From NCBI GenBank assembly GCA_039621445.1, contig CP154954.1:26610954-26674953 (forward strand): a DNA stretch of 64,000 bases, given 5' to 3'. The notes under the pieces were generated by a model. It ran no database searches, had not been told where the DNA came from, and worked only from the letters and a program-made list of their open reading frames with translations. The position numbers and the translations under genes are program-made. The stretch is from Euglena gracilis (taxonomy: Eukaryota). Positions 62,401 through 64,000 of this stretch are shown here, piece by piece (the stretch's first letter is position 1; every line of letters starts with the position of its first letter).

Positions 62401-63069
62401 AGGAATTTCCCAACACTTTGGGCCTGGTATCCCCCTTTGCCCATCCGCAAACCCGAAAGTTTCCGGGCTCATGCCAGTTCCGAGGTTGGGGAGGGCAACC
62501 CCCCCCCCTCCATGTCAGGAGGGGGGTCCCACCTTCCCCCCTCCCTCAAGGCTTTCATTCCTGACCATCCTTGTGGAAAAGCAGTGGATGGGAAAGGTTT
62601 GACGGCGTCCCAGAGCTGGAGCGGGGTGTCAGGAGCACCGCATGCCGGTGGTTGACGCTCATTTCATGGCTGGCAACGACCACAGCGGGGGGGGGGTGTG
62701 ACAGTTGATCAAATGATCAAATGTTCTGTTCGCCTCGGGACGCTTGCCGGGGGCGAGGATGCCCCTCCAAAGCGTTGCATTCAGGCCATGTTTCGGCGGT
62801 GTTTCTGGTCGAGCCTTTGGGAAGCAGCTGACGTTGGTGTTCTTCATTGGTTGCAGCAGCGTTGGCGGTGGTTGTTGATTTAAGTTTGTTTCACTTTTCT
62901 TTTGTTTTGGGCCGTGCACGTTCCGCTCCCGTTATTTTTTTGTGCCATCCCCCGCCCCCCTTCCCACCCCCCCCCCCCCCCCGCAGCCTGCGCCGCCCGC
63001 CTCGGCATGGCGGGCGTCAGCCTCGTCATCGAAACCGCCACCTGCGACTTCTTTTCCGTGTTCCCGGCG
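43642..63069 (+). CDS. Multi-exon gene (at least 12 exons, partial at both ends): Thr-rich mucin-like stalk + Big_5/SbsA-type Ig-like domain + SEA-like domain + beta-sandwich; probable cell-surface or secreted glycoprotein
   Basis: Islands of C/G-ending codons join in frame: ~43642-43763, ~43861-44336, 45792-45969, 48556-~48813, ~49261-49344, 50826-50998, 51396-51503, 52064-52188, 54564-54689, 54945-55058, 60595-60769, 62987-~63069. Phases agree at every resolved junction. Confidence 0.85.
43861..44336 (+). CDS. Exon B, Thr-rich (LTRTTTLTATP...RTRTWT); 5' border approximate
   Basis: Part of ORF 43787..44494; donor A|GTGTGT at 44337. Confidence 0.85.
44566..44779. mobile_element. Intronic TA-TSD MITE (AAATAACAC subfamily)
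   Basis: TA flanks; near-identical to 49458-49647. Confidence 0.8.
45792..45969 (+). CDS. Exon C, Thr/Ser-rich (TQTFIPTYTPT...ATPST)
   Basis: Acceptor tttctctccAG| (phase 1, matching exon B); ends in phase 2. Confidence 0.85.
45970..48555 (+). other. Non-canonical (intermediate-type, GT-starting) intron, 2586 nt
   Basis: GTC-CAGGCTGGC ... GCCCGCCTG-CCCCC|G. Ends pair at 8/9; the junction AC|G gives Thr in frame. Confidence 0.75.
46248..46415. mobile_element. Intronic 168-bp MITE, TA TSD
   Basis: TA|cctacccccccc...cgggaaactgtca ... tgacagtttcccgg...ggggtagg|TA; internal aacctgtcagg repeats. Confidence 0.9.
48556..48813 (+). CDS. Exon D, Thr/Ala-rich (TTATLTDTATM...SATVTT); 3' border uncertain by about 10 nt
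   Basis: Codon bias; preceded by CCTG-N5|G. Confidence 0.85.
49261..49344 (+). CDS. Exon E (RATHTPSATITSTETPSIIRLTGISPG); 5' border uncertain by about 5 nt
   Basis: Reading frame not listed in the ORF track. Donor GG|GTTTGT (phase 2) joins exon F to give ISPGNGA. Confidence 0.8.
49458..49647. mobile_element. Intronic TA-TSD MITE, sister of 44566-44779
   Basis: TA|aacccc...aaataacac ... gttatttgggagggggg tt|TA; shared core catggaaaaccaaagga...gggcgctcgaaatcggcccccgag. Confidence 0.82.
50826..50998 (+). CDS. Exon F, Ig-like domain (NGAVLPRQGAIWVFTFDRNVQL...FSVSGR)
   Basis: Acceptor ccgcAG| in phase 2; strong codon bias. Confidence 0.85.
50999..51395 (+). other. Non-canonical intron, 397 nt
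   Basis: A|GCC-CAGGC ... GCCTG-CTGCC|A. Junction A|AG gives Lys (SVSGRKVTW). Confidence 0.75.
51396..51503 (+). CDS. Exon G (VTWTYPGTLTAAVTMQLLLDAGFVGEAANRSGYFL)
   Basis: Codon bias; continues the Ig-like domain. Confidence 0.85.
51504..52063 (+). other. Non-canonical intron, 560 nt
   Basis: GGC-CAGGACACCCCTCCC ... GGGAGGGGGGCCCTG-CCGCC|A. Ends are complementary at 13/15; junction C|AG gives Gln. Confidence 0.75.
52064..52188 (+). CDS. Exon H (AGPFQYATEGLPFDATDNYTLALTSRVADFSASAFCAVLQQ)
   Basis: Codon bias; donor CAG|GTGTGG. Confidence 0.87.
52538..52977. mobile_element. Intronic TA-TSD MITE (AAATAAGACCC / GGGTCTTATTT subfamily, pogo-like)
   Basis: TA flanks at 52536-37 and 52978-79; imperfect TIRs; repeated ataagacc motif. 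Confidence 0.7.
54564..54689 (+). CDS. Exon I (VVLNMDCASLQLTVQPSVAILRFRIVKLAYNTSGHIEDLLND)
   Basis: cAG| ... |GTGTGG, phase 0/0. Confidence 0.85.
54945..55058 (+). CDS. Exon J (AYASGLLNQLLSAQSLGTILPGSWVQQTASIKNMPYLE)
   Basis: gcAG| ... GAG|GTGTGT, phase 0/0. Confidence 0.82.
55806..56252. mobile_element. Intronic PIF/Harbinger-like MITE with an internal ~68-bp tandem duplication
   Basis: TTA|gggggtgc ... gcaccaccccc|TTA; gtgacccccc repeats; duplicated unit at ~56092 and ~56163. Confidence 0.55.
58364..58693. mobile_element. Intronic TA-TSD MITE with GTGACTGG repeats (relative at ~6020-6335)
   Basis: TA|ccattgctt ... aagcaatgg|TA. Confidence 0.8.
59465..59670 (+). pseudogene. Intronic decayed hAT dimerisation-domain fragment
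   Basis: One frame reads RFVPRLAAQGRESLGCRVPASTA, resembling FP-x-LA-x-x-A-x-x-x-L-x-x-PASSA; frameshifted. Confidence 0.35.
60595..60769 (+). CDS. Exon K (VALNPKTAGLMTVATLNITLSSPLVSGELLEVTFPPSMTLLGPPDLSVALGNVTNYSS)
   Basis: gcAG| in phase 0; donor C|GTATGC in phase 1; strong codon bias; N-x-T/S sequons. Confidence 0.87.
61116..61250. repeat. (CATAT)n pentanucleotide microsatellite
   Basis: Direct reading. Confidence 0.95.
61476..61748. mobile_element. Intronic GGCAG-ended foldback element with telomere-like core
   Basis: Perfect 8-bp TSD AGTCAAAA (61468-75, 61749-56). Each end is itself a CTCCCAACTAT...ATAGTTGGGAG hairpin; TTAGGG/CCCTAA units lie in the centre. Confidence 0.88.
62987..63069 (+). 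CDS. Exon L (CAARLGMAGVSLVIETATCDFFSVFPA); 3' border uncertain
   Basis: C-rich tract plus gcAG| in phase 1, matching exon K. Could end at 63069 (N3-CAG follows) or 63090 (GTGTGG follows). Confidence 0.7.
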
Positions 63070-64000
63070 GCGCAGCGGTTGCGACCCGCTGTGTGGGTCC
63101 TGCAGGGGCTGGTCATGCCAGCCTGTATGCCTGGCCTGCTTGTCTCCCTACCTCCGCCTGCCCCCCCCCCGCCCGCCCACCCCTCGCCGTTTGGGCTGAA
63201 GGGCCACCCTCAGCCTGCCATGGAGTGCGCTGCGAAAGGGTTGGGCCCAATCGTCCGTCGACGCGAGAGGTGCTGTTGGGTGACGAAGTGGAGGCACTCC
63301 AAGGGGTAACGCAGCACGCAGAGCGTGTCTTTTTTATCTGGCACTTGGGGGTTTGCCGGCCCTGCTGTTCTCGGGGCCTGCAATTGCGTTTTCAGTTCCA
63401 CAAATGGGTTGGAGAGCCCATCCCAAGATCTCCATCAGATCATCCATCAGATAAGCAGTTTCTTACGGATTCAAAAAGCCATTTCAATTTGTGTCATTTT
63501 TTTTTTCACCGTCTTTTGTGCATCTTTGCGCGGGTTTTCTGATGCTCCCTGCGCAGTGATAAAGTGAACGCTCCCCGCACAGCAACAAAATGTGGTGGAA
63601 TTTCTCTGCGAATTACCCGGGGTGCCGTGGAAGCAGTGCCTGCTGGTACCTGGTTCATCTCCCTCTTATAAAAGTCCCAAGATAGAGTTTGTTGTGTTAC
63701 CTCAAGCTGGAAAGAACCATCAAATTACTTTCCAGACCTCAGAGGAGGCGACATTTCTGTCCTCCGTGGTAGACGCACCCCTTCGAAATGGGGCAGGCAC
63801 ATTTTGGCCATTTCGTCCTTTTGGTCCAGAATAGGGCTGTTCAGGAAAGGGTGGTGGTGGGGGGAGGGGCGACCACCAGACCCTCCTACACTTCAGGGGC
63901 GACACTTCTTGGGTCAGAATTCGCCCATTCATCGGGATCGGGCAGGGCGTTGTGGGAAGGCCTGGTGGGGAGGGGGGGGTCAGGCCTGCCCACCCACCAC

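Noticed and set aside
1-64000. Prokaryotic or viral origin, tRNA/rRNA genes, intact transposase or reverse transcriptase
   Set aside because: Coding density is very low, gene structure is spliced and microsatellites are abundant. No cloverleaf, rRNA motif or long catalytic ORF was recognised.

Overview
This is repeat-dense eukaryotic nuclear DNA, most likely from a euglenid (Euglena-like); that is inferred from intron architecture and strongly C/G-ending exon codons. (1) Bases 1-1738 are the end of an apparently perfect 660-bp tandem array, capped by (TATG)n. (2) About 2-43 kb is mostly nested non-autonomous DNA transposons: hAT-like CAGG...CCTG elements with 8-bp target-site duplications (TSDs), Tc1/mariner-like elements with TA TSDs, GGCAG-ended elements with 8-bp TSDs, a Helitron-like TC...CTGG family, foldbacks and decayed transposase fragments. 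(3) About 43.6-63.1 kb (+) holds a multi-exon gene that I spliced by hand into one frame: Thr-rich stalk, bacterial-type Ig-like (Big_5/SbsA-like) domain, SEA-like domain and a further beta-sandwich. Both ends of the gene are unresolved. It mixes GT-AG introns with non-canonical N3-CAGG...CCTG-N5|R introns whose ends base-pair. Most notable observation: that 3+5 geometry equals one 8-bp TSD, so the CAGG...CCTG hAT-like elements in this same window would be excised seamlessly by the non-canonical splice rule. Almost all ORFs in the supplied track are spurious. All alignments were done by eye.
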